A stretch of 64,000 bases of DNA from the human T2T-CHM13v2.0 reference genome, Homo sapiens (GCF_009914755.1 NC_060926.1), one strand, 5' to 3'; counted from the first letter of the stretch, positions 1 to 16,622 are shown. Made by a program: numbers and translations. Notes: a model not told the origin generated them from the sequence alone.

Positions 1-89
1 GAGAAAAGGGAGAGTGAGAGACAGTGAGGAGAGGAGGAAGGGAGGGAGAGAGAGAGAAAAAAAAGGAGAGAGGAGAGAGAATGAGAGAA
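1..89. repeat. GA-rich polypurine low-complexity tract (cut by window edge)
   Basis: Almost pure G/A, with (GA)n and GGA runs. Confidence 0.9.
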
Positions 90-775
90 TTTGAATCTTC
101 AAAGGAAAAGGAAGGTAAATGTAATCGAAAATATTTCTCTATCTTTTCATACTGCCACTCCAACTGAGACTGGATACTATCTTAACATTAACAAGAATCA
201 CATGTAAACCACTTCTGTTTACTCTTGAGAGTTACAGGAAAAAGTTTGATGTTATATGACTTCTGGTCATTGCCTTTCTCAGAAGGTTTATCAGGGTACA
301 CAGGTAATGAAGCCTCGTGCCTCAGGATTATGCTCTTTAGACCCAGACAGAATTATGTATAAATTAAATCTTGATCATTTACTAGCTGTTGTTTCCTAGA
401 GCAAGCCATTTAATTTCTTTGAATGTTCAATTATTAGTATTGTTGTTATTAATATTATTGTACTTAATAGACTCAATCATAAAACTTCATGAAGCACAGT
501 AAATTCTCTCAGGTCTCTGGTCAAAATGCAAATTTGTATAGTTCAGACCATAAACCAGGCAGAATCCAATCCTCCTATGTCATTATCCACCTTGCATAAA
601 AATGTGACACTGATTGCCTGGGCTGTAGACACTGAGGATGAAACCAAAAGCTGTAAGTGGCAGTGATTGTCCTCTCGCATTGTGATTGTGTGGATCGTGG
701 TAAGGTGTTTGATTATAATAAAAGGAATCTACATGCCTTACATTTGTCTTGGCTTTTGCAGTGAATAAGATCTTA

Positions 776-947
776 TTTTTTTTTTTTTTTTTTTTTTTTT
801 TTTGAGGCAGGGCCTCACTTTGCCCTGGCTGGAGTGCTGTGTTGCGATCATGGTTCACTGCAGCCTCAAACTCTGGAGCTCAAGCCATGCTCTCACCTCA
901 GTCTCCCAATGTGCTGGGATTACAGGCATAACTCACTGTGCCCAGCC
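776..947 (-). mobile_element. Monomer-length Alu (FRAM/AluJ-like) with poly-A tail
   Basis: T-run 776-803, then ~145 bp of Alu sequence (ggctggagtgc...gctgggattacaggc...cccagcc); only one arm long. Confidence 0.85.
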
Positions 948-959
948 TAAGAATGTTTA

Positions 960-1115
960 CTTCAGTGATTCCCTGTGAGTTTCATAATTACCACAAGACA
1001 TAAACACTTTCATTGACATGTTGCAGATGGGGAAACTGAGTTTCAGTGACATTTGAAATGACCTGCCCGATACCACAAATCTGTAATAGAAGAGGACATG
1101 AAACTCAGGTTTTCA
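960..1115 (-). mobile_element. MIR SINE fragment
   Basis: MIR core cagatggggaaactgag...tgacctgccc...gaaactcagg. Confidence 0.7.
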
Positions 1116-2014
1116 GTTTCTTGTGTTCCTTTGGGGTCTGAAATTTCAGATTTGAATCTTAAAGTGAGGTATTTCAAAAAGAGGATGGAATATTTTCTAC
1201 CAAATTATTCTGCCAGCTAAGGAAACTAGAAGACATCAAGCTTTATATAGAATCTGGATTCATGAGGTGAGTTGACTGATACATCTTTAAAAAATCTCAC
1301 CGTTATAAGAACACTAATACCACTTACATTTATATAGGGCTTGGATTCCAGTGATTGCATACTTGTCCTAAAAGCAAAGGCTAGCTTTTCAGGATTTTGC
1401 CCAGGGCCCTGGAATCCACCAGGGAGATGGCAGTCTACTGCTAACTTCTGTGCAGTGACCTATCATGACAAAAAAGAAATTTCACACAGCCCAAGCAACT
1501 GACAAAACAGTTCACCTTTCAGGGAAAATGTAATATTTTCTGATAAGCAGCTTATGCTAGTTTTCTTAGCAAATAGCCTGGAAGCATTTCTGTCTGTGGC
1601 ATTTCTAGATGTGATAAGTTGAAGGGAACCCTTCTGACCATGCCATAGTTAGGCAGGCCCTTTTCGTTCAGGGGACAGCTATTTGGAAAGATCTAAACAC
1701 GTAACAATTTGAAAATGATATAAAATAATTGATCACAGAGACAGCCCAGAGCATGCATTGTTAACAGAAACACATGTCCCTGTTTATGGAGTTGTAAACA
1801 GAGACGTGTGTATTTATTGTTGGAGTTGGAGGCCAAAGCCTGAGGCAAGATTAGGTCAAAGCCTTGTCTCTTTTGCACATGGCCATGAATAAAAGCAATG
1901 CACATTTTTAGTAGCATTACTCTCCAATGTGTGTTCGAAGAACAGGGACAAGGTGGTAGGTGTTTCTATACTAGGCTTCATTTGCTCATCACAGAAACAT
2001 AATGAAGAGATATT

Positions 2015-2142
2015 GTTGCCATTTGGTGAATGAAACACTGAGGACCAGGATCGTTTAGAAGCTTTCCTTATGTTAGGCAACTAATTAATAGTAGAGTTAT
2101 GATTTCAACCACCTGGTTCCAAAGCCCAGGGTCTCCACCACG
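2015..2142 (-). mobile_element. MIR SINE fragment
   Basis: tgaaacactgagg...gatttcaacc...ccaaagccc, degenerate MIR core. Confidence 0.6.
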
Positions 2143-3354
2143 CCACTCTTCCTCCAGAAGGGAAAGAAGAGAGATGCATTGTGCAGACCTGGCCATGTGT
2201 CTGCTTCCTGTAGCGAGAACCTGGACTGCTCCAAAGACAAGAGATCTTGCTATGTTTTGCCCCTTTCTAATTACTCAAAGCAAACTCAAGGAGGTGCCGT
2301 ATCTCCTCACATAGCTGATTGCCAAGAGCCTGGTCAGGCTCTGGAAAAAGATGAAGACAATTCTTTGGGGAAATTTCCAAGTGACTTACAGCCTTTGCAT
2401 TGCAAAGAACACTACTGTGCCTACCCTTTGCTTTCATAAATTTGGTTGCAGGCTATTTTAAGGGAAAATGCATCCCATCTTCCCTTTACCTTGCAGGTAT
2501 TCAGTAACTATTAGACCACATTTTAAAATGAATTGTGTGCACTGATGTTAGAGAAGGTTAGACTCTCTGAGCTGCCACCAGTGACATATGACTACAGTGA
2601 CAGTCAGTCAGCAGTATTCAAACTGAATTAATCAGGAAACACAGCCTACTTCAATATGACGTTTAGAGGGAGGAGTGATAGCTACTTATTTACCAAAGGG
2701 ATGTCACTGAACCATCTTTCTATCTAGAGATAGCCTATGGCTACATAATCCTTTCAAACCAGCAGTAGAGCAATAAACTACACTCAGAGCCAGCCAGGTC
2801 TTTCAGGCCGGTTCCCTCTTGTTCTCTTCTCTCATTCCTCAAGCTGGCTCTGGTTATTTTATTTTTGGCAAGGCCACAAGATAAAGTAGGGGTTCGAATC
2901 CCTTCTATGGGGACTGCAGGGACACAGCCTTTGGAGATGGAGGTGCTTTCTCTGATCATTCTCAAAAGTGAACATGCACATGTATCAGCACCCAGGAAGG
3001 AAGGAAATATGGTAATAACGGTGGTAGTGGTACCTTAATCTCACAAATATGTAATGCTAATTATGTAAACAGTGGAGAACTCTGAAATCTCTTCATCGTG
3101 TGTGTCATACAATGGAAATATTATGCAGCCTAACTCGACATTATACAGTAATAATGTTATTTCACATTGGCTAGTTGACAAGCATAGGCCAATGCTGTCT
3201 ATCAAACAAAACTGTTGTGCCAGATTGTATCTTGGCGATAAGTAGAAGAAGAGCCACCCAGAGTCTGTTTGTGTATTAATCATGGCATCAGACTCAGGCC
3301 ATTTCTGCAGGCATATCCTTTACTAAATAATTTGTAAATCTGCTGGTTACCAGG

Positions 3355-3742
3355 TATCTTAGTCACCTCCGGCCACCACAGGCAAATATTATAGTCAGAG
3401 TGGCTTCGACAACAGCAATGTAACAATTTATTTTCTCACAGTTCTGTAGGCTACAAATTTGAGATCAGGGTTTCAGCAGGGTGGGGTCCTGGTGAGGGCA
3501 CCCGTCCTGGCTGGCAGATGGCCACCTTCTTGCTGCGTTTTCACATGGCAGAGAAGAAGATAGAGACACATTCTCTGGTGTCTTTTCTGATAAGGGCACT
3601 AATCCCTCATAAGGGCTCTACCCTTGTGACGTCTAAACCAAATTATCTATCAAAAGCCACGTCTCTAAATACCATTACACTGGGGCTTGGGGCTTCAACA
3701 TATGAATGTAAGGGGGCTGGGGTGGCCATTCAGTCCGTAACA
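3355..3742 (-). mobile_element. MLT1A-type solo LTR (ERVL-MaLR)
   Basis: tatcttagtc...tttattttctcacagttctg...ggcttcaacatatgaa...attcagtccgtaaca. Confidence 0.85.
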
Positions 3743-5036
3743 ACACATTGTAGCTGAATATTTGTTGCTGAACCCCGAATCCGCCTTTTCTCATGAAACT
3801 TTTCTTTAAGCTTCAACTTAAGTGTGTTTTAATGATTTTTTGTCTTTGATTCCCTTTTTTTCCTAAGAATTTAGAAAATCATCTTCTTGTATCTCCCTAA
3901 ACCGTCATGCCACTCACACTTACACAGGTGAGGCATATGCCACACAAATTTGCCGTGAAGGGAAGCAAATCGCTTTGCATGCAGGTACAGTCAAACTTGG
4001 TGAAGACTTACGGAATGATTATGACACTTGTCCTAAGAACAAGTACTTTACTTCTAGAACAGACCCAAAATAACTTGTACATTTTTGTAAGTCACCATTC
4101 CTCCTTTCTACCTAATGCTTAACTCACGCACTTTTTTTTTAACTTTCCATAATAGTCGCGGTAGGATAAGAATATTCAGATCTCAGTGCCAGAGTAAGTC
4201 TGAAGCCAAACTTAGAGTAAGCATATCTGTTGAATATCTCCTGAAAGCAACACTGATGATTTTCTTCATACAGCAGCCAGTGTTGGACTATTTCAGATGA
4301 GTTGTTGGATAAAAATGCCCTCATTCTTTAGGTGATATGTATCTAGATGGAAATCAAAGGTGAAATTCTTTTTCTTCTTCTTTCCTTTTTTTTTAAAGAA
4401 TTGCAAAAAGCCTGAGAGGCTTATACCATTGAAGGAAGAGATTATTGAGTAATTACCAGTCAGGACTGACTTGTTAAGAGCTTGGTGAAACTTGAAGGCT
4501 GAGTCTACATAGCATAAAGTGAAGAGGGTATTTGGTAATTATTATTTAATTTGAGCAATCTTTGCCAAGAGGTCCTTTTACAATTAATTAGTCTTCATTT
4601 AAATACAATTTCATAAGTGGACCCCAAAGTATCACCTCAGGAGAAAAATGCAGTACCAATAATGATACTATATCAAGAAATATCATAATGGAACCTATGA
4701 CGTGGCACAAATAATTATCCAAGGCCAAACAAAGCAATCCTTAATGCTGAGACTATTAGTCTCATATTCCTATTAGAGATATGTTCCTCTAGCTCTCTCT
4801 GCAAGAAAGAAAAATATTCAAGACCCATATAGAAAGAGTAATTAGTAAAATGCTTCAATTAGTGCAGATTAATTTTGCTGTTTGATTTGAACCTAGAAAA
4901 TGTCATTAAGTAAACTTTTCAAGATTTATCAAGGAATTTTTTTCTACAAGTTTGTAGTGCAAATAGAGAAGACCTTTTAATCTGACTTGGAGGAAATCCA
5001 GGATTGGAGGATAATGCACACTTATTGCAACAGTTC

Positions 5037-5568
5037 TTATATATATATAATATATATTTTATATAATATATATATATAATATATATATAATATATATTTT
5101 ATATAATATATATATATAATATATATATAATATATATTTTATATAATATATATATAATATATATATAATATATATTTTATATAATATATATATAATATAT
5201 ATAATATATATTTTATATAATATATATATAATATATATATAATATATATTTTATATAATATATATATAATATATATTTTATATAATATATATATAATATA
5301 TATATAATATATATTTTATATAATATATATATAATATATATATAATATATATTTTATATAATATATATATAATATATATATAATATATATTTTATATAAT
5401 ATATATATAATATATATATAATATATATTTTATATAATATATATATAATATATATATAATATATATTTTATATAATATATATATAATATATATATAATAT
5501 ATATTTTATATAATATATATATAATATATATTTTATATAATATATATTTTATATAATATATATATATA
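5037..5568. repeat. Pure A/T minisatellite, about 14 units of 27-40 bp
   Basis: Unit ~TTTTATATAATATATATATAATATATATATAATATATA; no G or C across ~530 bp. Confidence 0.97.
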
Positions 5569-5947
5569 AAACTCAGCTCAATTCATTTCAACTACCTATA
5601 AAGTACATATGTATGTGACACCTACTCCGTCCCAGGCACTGTGTTTTCTAGGTAATGAGCTGCTGCTAGATGGCAAATGCTTTATAGGCAGGAACCACAT
5701 CTTAATAGGCATTGCATCTCTGATGCCTAGCAACAATATTCAAGTGCGAATGTGGCAGTGTGTTTGAGGAATGCAGTCCTGGATAGGATTTAATAATGAA
5801 TGCTAGGGTAGTAGGACATGGGACCTGAGCATGAAGGGCCTTGAATACAGTCAAGAGAGTCTCAGAAAATAATGATATAGAGACCAGAGAATGTTTCTGT
5901 AGTATAGACTGCAATCCACCTAGTAGTCATGCCATTATCCAGTACAA

Positions 5948-6130
5948 CAGTCAGCAATTTTTTTTTGTAAAGAGTGAGATAGTAAATATTTTGTGCTTTG
6001 TGGGTCACAGGATCTCTGTTACAGCTACGCAGTTCTGCAGACACTGTAGCAAGGAAATCAGCCATGGACAATATGTAAACAAACGGATTAGATGGATTTA
6101 ACCTATGGGCCACAGTTGGGCAACTTCTGA
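5948..6130 (+). mobile_element. MER58A-like hAT-Charlie MITE (internally deleted)
   Basis: gtcagcaatttttt..gtaaag..agatagtaaatattttg...gccatggacaatatgtaaac...gggccacagtt. Confidence 0.75.
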
Positions 6131-6418
6131 TCTAATTTGATGTTAGCCATTCTCTTTTCTAACAAAAGACTATTTGACTGTAATATGAATGGCAACAGCA
6201 ATTCTTTTTTTTTTTTATTATTTAAGTTTTAGGGTACATGTGCACAACGTGCAGGTTTGTTACATATGTATACATGTGCCATATTGGTGTGCCGCACCCA
6301 TTAACTCATTATTTAGCATTAGGTATATCTCCTAATGCTATCCCTCCCCGCTCCCCCCACCCCACAACAGTCCCCGGTGTGTGATGTTCCCCTTCCTGTG
6401 TCCAACTGTTCTCATTGT

Positions 6419-10238
<3,820 letters not shown>

Positions 10239-10301
10239 TATGATGTTAGCTGGTTATTTTGCTTGATAGTTGATGCAGTTTCTTCCTAGCCTAGATGGTC
10301 T

Positions 10302-11315
10302 TTACAATGTGGCATGTTTTTTCAGTGTCTGGTACTGGTTGTTCCTTTCCATGTTTAGTGCTTCCTTCAGGAGCTCTTTTAGGGCAGGCCTGTTGAGAAA
10401 ATCTCTCAGCATTTGCTTGTCTATAAAGTATTTTATTTCTCCTTAACTTATGAAGCTTAGTTTGGCTGGATATGAAATACTGGGTTGAAAATTCTTTTTT
10501 TAAGAATGTTGAATATTGGCCCCCACTCTCTTCTGGCTCGTAGAGTTTCTGCTGAGAGATCAGCTGTTAGTCTGATGGGCTTCCCTTTGTGGGTAACCCG
10601 ATGTTTCTGTCTGGCTGCCCTTAACATTTTTTCCTTCATTTCAACTTTGGTGAATCTGACCATTGTGTGTCTTGGAGTTGCTCTTCTTGAGGAGTATCTT
10701 TGTGGCGTTCTCTGTATTTCCTAAATTTGAATGTTGGCCTGCCTTGCTAGATTGGGGAATTTCTCCTGGATAATATCCTGCAGAGTGCTTTCCAACTTGG
10801 TTCCATTCTCCCCATCACTTTCAGGTACACCAATGAGACGTAGATTTGGTCTTTTCTCATAGTCCCATATTTCTTGGAGGCTTTGTTCGTTTCTTTTTAT
10901 TCTTTTTTCTCTAAACTTCTCTTCACGCTTCATTTCATTCATTTCATCTTCCATCGCTGATACACTTTCTTCCAGTTGATTGCTTCGGTTACTGAGGCTT
11001 GTGCATTCGTTACATAGTTCTTGTGCCGTAGTTTTCAGCTCCATCAGGTCCTTTAAGGACTTCTCTGCACTGGTTATTCTAGTTATCCATTCGTCTATTT
11101 TTTTTTTAAAGTTTTTAACTTCTTTGCCATTGGTTCGAACTTCCTCCTTTAGCTCAGAGTAGTTTGATCTTCTGAAGCCTTCTTCTCTCAATTTGTCAAA
11201 GTCATTCTCCGTCTAGCTTTGTTCCGTTGCTGGTGAGGAGCTACATTCCTTTGGAGGAGGAGAGGCGCCCTGATTTTTAGAGTTTCTGGTTTTTCTGCTC
11301 TGTTTTTTTCCCCAT
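10302..11315 (-). pseudogene. L1 ORF1 (RNA-binding protein), disrupted
   Basis: ATG at 11315; fragments 10721-11191 (RPNLRLIGVPE) and 10457-10663 (GKPIRLTADLS) separated by stops/frameshifts. Confidence 0.95.
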
Positions 11316-12342
11316 CTTTGTGGTTTTATCTACCTTTGGTCTTTGATGATGATGATGTACAGATGGGTTTTTGGTGTGGATGTCCTTTCTGTTTGTTAGT
11401 TTTCCTTCTAACAGTCAGGACCTTCAGCTGCAGGTCTGTTGGAGTTTACTGGAGGTCCGCTCCAGACCCTGTTCACCTGGGTATCAGCAGCGTTGGCTGC
11501 AGAACAGCAGATATTGGTGAATCACAAATGCTGCTGCCTGATGGTTCCTCTGGAAGTTTTGTGTTAGAGGAGTACCTGGCCGTGTGATGTGTCAGTCTGC
11601 CCCTGCTTGGGGGTGCCTCCCAGTTAGACTACTCGGGGGTCAGGGACCCACTTGAGGAGGCAGTCTGCCTGTTCTCATATCTCAAGCTGCATGCTGGGAG
11701 AACCACTGCTCTCTTCAAAGCTGTCAGACAGGGGCATTTCAGTCTGCATAGGTTATTGCTGTCTTTTGTTTGACTGTGCCCTGCCCGCAGAGGTGGAGCC
11801 TGCAGAGGCAGGCAGGCCTCCTTGAGCTGTGGTGGGCTCCACCCTATTCAAGCTTCCCGGCCACTTTGTTTACCTACTCAAACCTGGGCAATGGCGGGCG
11901 ACCCTCCCCAAGCCTTACTGCCGCCTTGCAGTTTGATCTCAGACTGCTGTGCTAGCAATGAGCGAGGCTCCATGGGCGTAAGACCCTCTGAGCCAGGTGC
12001 GGGATATAATCTCCTGGTGTGCCGCTTGTTAAGCCTATTGGAAAAGCCCAGTATTTGGGTGAGAGTGACTCCATTTTCCAGGTGCCGTCTGTCACCCCTT
12101 TCTTTGACTAGGAAAGGGAATTCCCTGACTCCTTGCACTTCCTGGATGAGGCGATTCCTCACCCTGCTTCGGCTCACGCACAGTGTGCTGCCCCCACTGT
12201 ACTGCACCCACTCTCCGGCACTCCCCAGTGAGAGGAACCCAGTACCTCAGTTGGAAATGCAGAAATCACCCGTCTTCTGCGTCGCTCATGCTGGGAGCTG
12301 TAGACTGGAGCTGTTCCTATTCGGCCGTCTTGGCTCCACCGC
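11316..12342 (-). promoter_or_regulatory. L1 5'UTR with internal sense and antisense promoters (long form, ~1027 bp)
   Basis: Lies upstream of the ORF1 ATG; relatively CpG-rich; YY1 core CAAGATGGCC reads CAAGACGGCC at ~12323-12332. Confidence 0.85.
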
Positions 12343-12367
12343 GGCAACAGCAATTCTTAATGAATAG
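11891..12367 (+). CDS. L1 antisense ORF0 homologue, open for 158 aa (expression unproven)
   Basis: MAGDPPQALLPPCSLISDCCASNERGSMGVRPSEPG resembles the L1 ORF0 N-terminus; strong Kozak context gcaATGg; part of track ORF 11822-12367. Confidence 0.55.
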   Translation: MAGDPPQALLPPCSLISDCCASNERGSMGVRPSEPGAGYNLLVCRLLSLLEKPSIWVRVTPFSRCRLSPLSLTRKGNSLTPCTSWMRRFLTLLRLTHSVLPPLYCTHSPALPSERNPVPQLEMQKSPVFCVAHAGSCRLELFLFGRLGSTAATAILNE

Positions 12368-13390
12368 TGTTATTACTGTTTTTGATCACATGCACTGTAT
12401 GTGGATCACCCTCCCCCAAAATAAATGACAATATAACTTAAAAGTCACTGTACCTTTAAAACCTGTATTTGTAATATTCAACTTGAATTATAGGTGTATG
12501 AATTGAGTGGTGAGTGAATACTGCAAAGATCCTACCAACAATAATGGTCAAACAAAAAAATTGAATCTCAGTGACTCATTTAGACTAATTTAAAGACAAA
12601 ATATCAAGAAACCATTCAATTTTTCTGAGAGCTCTGCATCCCCTGTCAGATGACCCTCAGCGTGGAGGCAAAGACAAGCCAAGTTCTTTGATCCTTGCCA
12701 TATTTCCTCAAAATAAGGATTTGAACCACATGAGGTGCCTGGTCAGATTCTAGCCCCCTTGCCGTACTTTCTCAGGCTGTTAAGGAATCTGAGTCCTTCA
12801 CTGTATGTGGCTTAACAAGTAATCTAACCATTGGCAAGTACTTTTTAGAGCACAGTTTGACCCTCGAAGTCTGCTATAAACAAACATTCAGAACTTTTAC
12901 CTCTTTCCGAATGCATTACAAGATTTTTGCACATTTGAAAATGTGGTAGTAGTGATGATAATGGCTCATCAGAGAACTGGTTGTTGCCCTTTAGGTGAGT
13001 GAAGACTGAGTGACATTTCCTGTGCTTCGTCTTCTACGCTGTCTCCCCCCAGCTTCTTTTCTGCCCGGTTGGGATGTTTCTCTCTGTCATAGTTTTTGAG
13101 TATTTGAATGGTAGATCACACACCTTTAAAGCTGTTATTTTCAAGTTTTAATAATGTTTTGCAACTCACTTCCTGTTTCTCAGCTGCCAACCTTGCCAAA
13201 AGCATTCCTTGTCAGGTACTAATTTGGGTGACGTGAGGACCACTTGATCTAAATTTTTGGTGGGTAATTACTGAGTCAGAAGTGAGTAATTTTTTGATAT
13301 CCAGTGGCAGTCAGAAAGGTGGGTATTTTACTAACCACTCATTAGAGATTCTCCAGTATTGAAATGTCTTGAATTTTGCTCTGTTTACAG

Positions 13391-13422
13391 ACAGAAGAAA
13401 AATCTGACTGCTCTGATGAAGA
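13391..13422 (+). other. Candidate 32-nt micro-exon
   Basis: Acceptor ttttgctctgtttacag and donor GA|gtaagt in non-repeat DNA; motif evidence only. Confidence 0.3.
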
Positions 13423-14187
13423 GTAAGTTCCTGCTTATTTTGGCAGTACTTACAAGTATATTGAATCTTTTTTTATTGTGAACCAACTCCAGAGTTTCAT
13501 TGTACCTGCAATATTAATTTTGTATTGATCAAAGTCTTATGCAATGACTTTTTGTTTTTTAAAAAAATTACAGAGACCTTATATTTAATTTAAAAAGTAG
13601 GTGAAGATATTTCAGTTATTAAGGGTTTAAGAAATACCAGAAGCATTTAGTAGTAAATTTTGGTACTTAAGAATAAAGAGTATCAGCCTTTCTCTGTAAG
13701 TGCTAGTTTGTTTTTCTTTATTTCATGTAATAGTTCTGGGTGAATACTTTTGGGATTTCTAAAACTGTTCACTTTATTTTTCTACTAGAAGAAATGAATA
13801 ATAGTGATATTTCTGGTGAGAAATAAAAATCACTTAAACTTGAAGCAAACCTGTGTACCCATTTATTAGAAGCAGTGAAAGCAAAGATGAATTTTTTGTT
13901 TTGGGAAATTTCTACTTCAATAACAAACATTGACATATCAGATCATGTTTATTTACCTGCAGACAAAAAGTTTAACTGAAATTATATGCACTCATAGATT
14001 CTTTTCTTTCATATTGTTCTATGATTAAATCACAACTTTTTGTTATGATTAGCCACATTGTATAATATAAAGTTACATATTTGTAATAGTTACATTATTC
14101 AAGATAATACACCTAAAGAACCAGTTTAAAAGTAAAAAAAATTTATTTGAATAAATTATTTTTAAAAATATTGTATAGAATAAATGC

Positions 14188-14503
14188 TGTGTTAGTTTTC
14201 TATGATGATTATAATAATTTACCACAAATTATGTGGTTCAAAAATCACATAAATTTATTCATTCATGGTTCTGGAGGCCAGAAGTAGTAATTTATATAAC
14301 TGGATATAACTGGGCCTGAATTAACATGTCAGCAAGGCTGTGCTCCTTCTGCAGCCTCTAGGGAAAAATATGTTCTTGCCTCTTACAGCTTCTGGGGATT
14401 GCCAGCATTCTTTGGCTTGTGTCTGCATCACCACAGTCTCTGCCTCTGTGTTCTTCTCCTTCTCAATCTCTCTCTTTCTCTTCATCTCTCTCTCTCTCTT
14501 TCA

Positions 14504-14543
<40 letters not shown>

Positions 14544-14735
14544 AATCTCTCTGCATCTCTAAGGATGCACATGATGGCATTTAAGTCACATCTAAATAAT
14601 CTAGGGTAATCTCCCCACGTCATCAAGGTCCTTAATTTAATCATGTCTAAAAAGTCCCTTTTTTGCCATATAAGGTAATTCGCAAGATCCAGGGATTAGA
14701 ATAAATATGTTTGGGGTCTTTTTCAGCTGACCACA
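14188..14735 (-). mobile_element. MLT1C-like solo LTR containing a (TC)n(TG)n microsatellite at 14455-14542
   Basis: tgtgttagttttc...ttctggaggccagaag...ttttgccatataaggtaa...cagctgaccaca. Confidence 0.85.
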
Positions 14736-14993
14736 GGCACTTATTAAACATTGGTACTGTGCAAGACAGATTATGATCTATACCCTAATTAGAGGATAAT
14801 CTTTTACAGGGGTTTGGAGAAAATAAAATTCACACCTACTTGAGTGTAACAAGGATTGCTAAAGAAAAGGAAGTGTGAGCTGTGCTCTGAAAATAGGTAT
14901 GGATTTAAAAGCAAAAATAGGGTGGAGAGACATTTCTAATGAATGGAAGATTTTGACAGAAGTCCTAAAGGGGATAAATCTGACAGACTGTAG

Positions 14994-15318
<325 letters not shown>

Positions 15319-15765
15319 AGAACCTTGAGTTCTAAAAGCAGATTCCTGGGTTTGGTTCCTCACTTTGTCTTTTTCAAGCTATGTGTCTTTGTTTGATCTC
15401 TTTGTACTTCAAATATTTCATATTTATAATGGAGATAATGGTATCCAACTCATAGGTTTTATTGGTTACAGTCTTTACGGCACTTATAATAGCATTTGCA
15501 TATGGTAAAATATAAGTTGCTAAGTTGCTATTGTCATCCCTACATGTCTAATGTTTTTATTTTAATGTTTATTAAGTAATTGCCCCAATCCCCTTCAGAA
15601 GTAGGTAGAGGTACATGCCTTCCATGAGGTACTGAGAGGAACTAAAGTTTCTCAAATGAATAATTCTCTTTATTAATCACAGCCCAGTTCTCTAAATTGT
15701 AATGATGAGACTCCACTGTGATAGTTTCACCTACAATACCTTCAAGTCGGAACGGGTAGGTATCA

Positions 15766-15928
15766 CTATAGTTCAGCAATTCTGAGATGCACATCTTTTC
15801 ACTGTTAGGTTGTGTTTTACAATTACTGTATATCCTAGCTTAATTGGGAGCAATTTTTCTTTCTTAGTGGTACATTAGATAATGGCAAATTTTACAATCC
15901 ATGGCACCTTAGATTTGATGAAATATGG
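15766..15928 (+). mobile_element. MER104/Kanga1-like Tc2 MITE
   Basis: attctgagatgcacat...ttcttagtggtacat...atggcaccttagatttgatgaaatatgg; degenerate terminal inverted repeats. Confidence 0.7.
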
Positions 15929-16096
15929 GTTTAGTCTCATGTAGACGGGGAGACTGAGATACTATGTGCTCTGTTTTGAAGATGAGTCAAAGGTCTAGGT
16001 TTAGGGATAACCTTCAAATTCTGACTCAGTCACATATTTTCTTCTCCAGACCTAGCCTTTGTAGTAGTCTTTTTAGAAGTCCTTTCAGCTGGGAAG

Positions 16097-16275
16097 GGGC
16101 AGCATGGCTTAGTGAAAAGAACATGTGATTTAGCATCACACAGAACTGAGTTCATATCCAGACTCTGCCACCAGCGTGACCCTAAGCAAGTTTCCTGTCC
16201 TCTCCAAGTTTCAGTTAGCCCATTTGTTAAAATATATTGACAATACAGTTTTCACAAGGTCATAGTAAGAATTTC
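16097..16275 (+). mobile_element. MIR 5' part (3' part probably at 17110-17170)
   Basis: ggcagcatggcttagtgaaaagaac...ctctgccac...gtgaccctaagcaagt; MIR tail acataataggtgcttaataaatatta at ~17135-17160. Confidence 0.75.
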
Positions 16276-16299
16276 CTCAGCTTCCTATCACAGATGCAG

Positions 16300-16620
16300 A
16301 GGGCTCACCAAATATTCTATCTACTCATTCACATTCCCTTGCTGCCTTGTATCTAGGCAGGGCCATGTGACTAGCTCTAGTCAAGGATTATGTGTGCCAC
16401 TCTCGGCCAAGGTGTGCCACCCTGCAAGAGCCTCGACTCCTGAGAATCAGAAGGATCATACTGTATCATGTAGTTCATCCTGTAGTTCTGAATAATTCTT
16501 GGGAGTAAACCCCACCTCACCCCTGGACATTCACATGAGACAGACCTGGAGTAAGAAGTAACTTTGTGTTCTGGTTAACTCCTGAGACAGGGAGATTATT
16601 TATCACCACAGCATGACATA
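16300..16620 (+). mobile_element. Old MLT1 (J/K-like) LTR fragment
   Basis: ggcagggccatgtgactagctctag...aactttgtgtt...gattatttatcaccacagcat. Confidence 0.55.
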
Positions 16621-16622
16621 GC

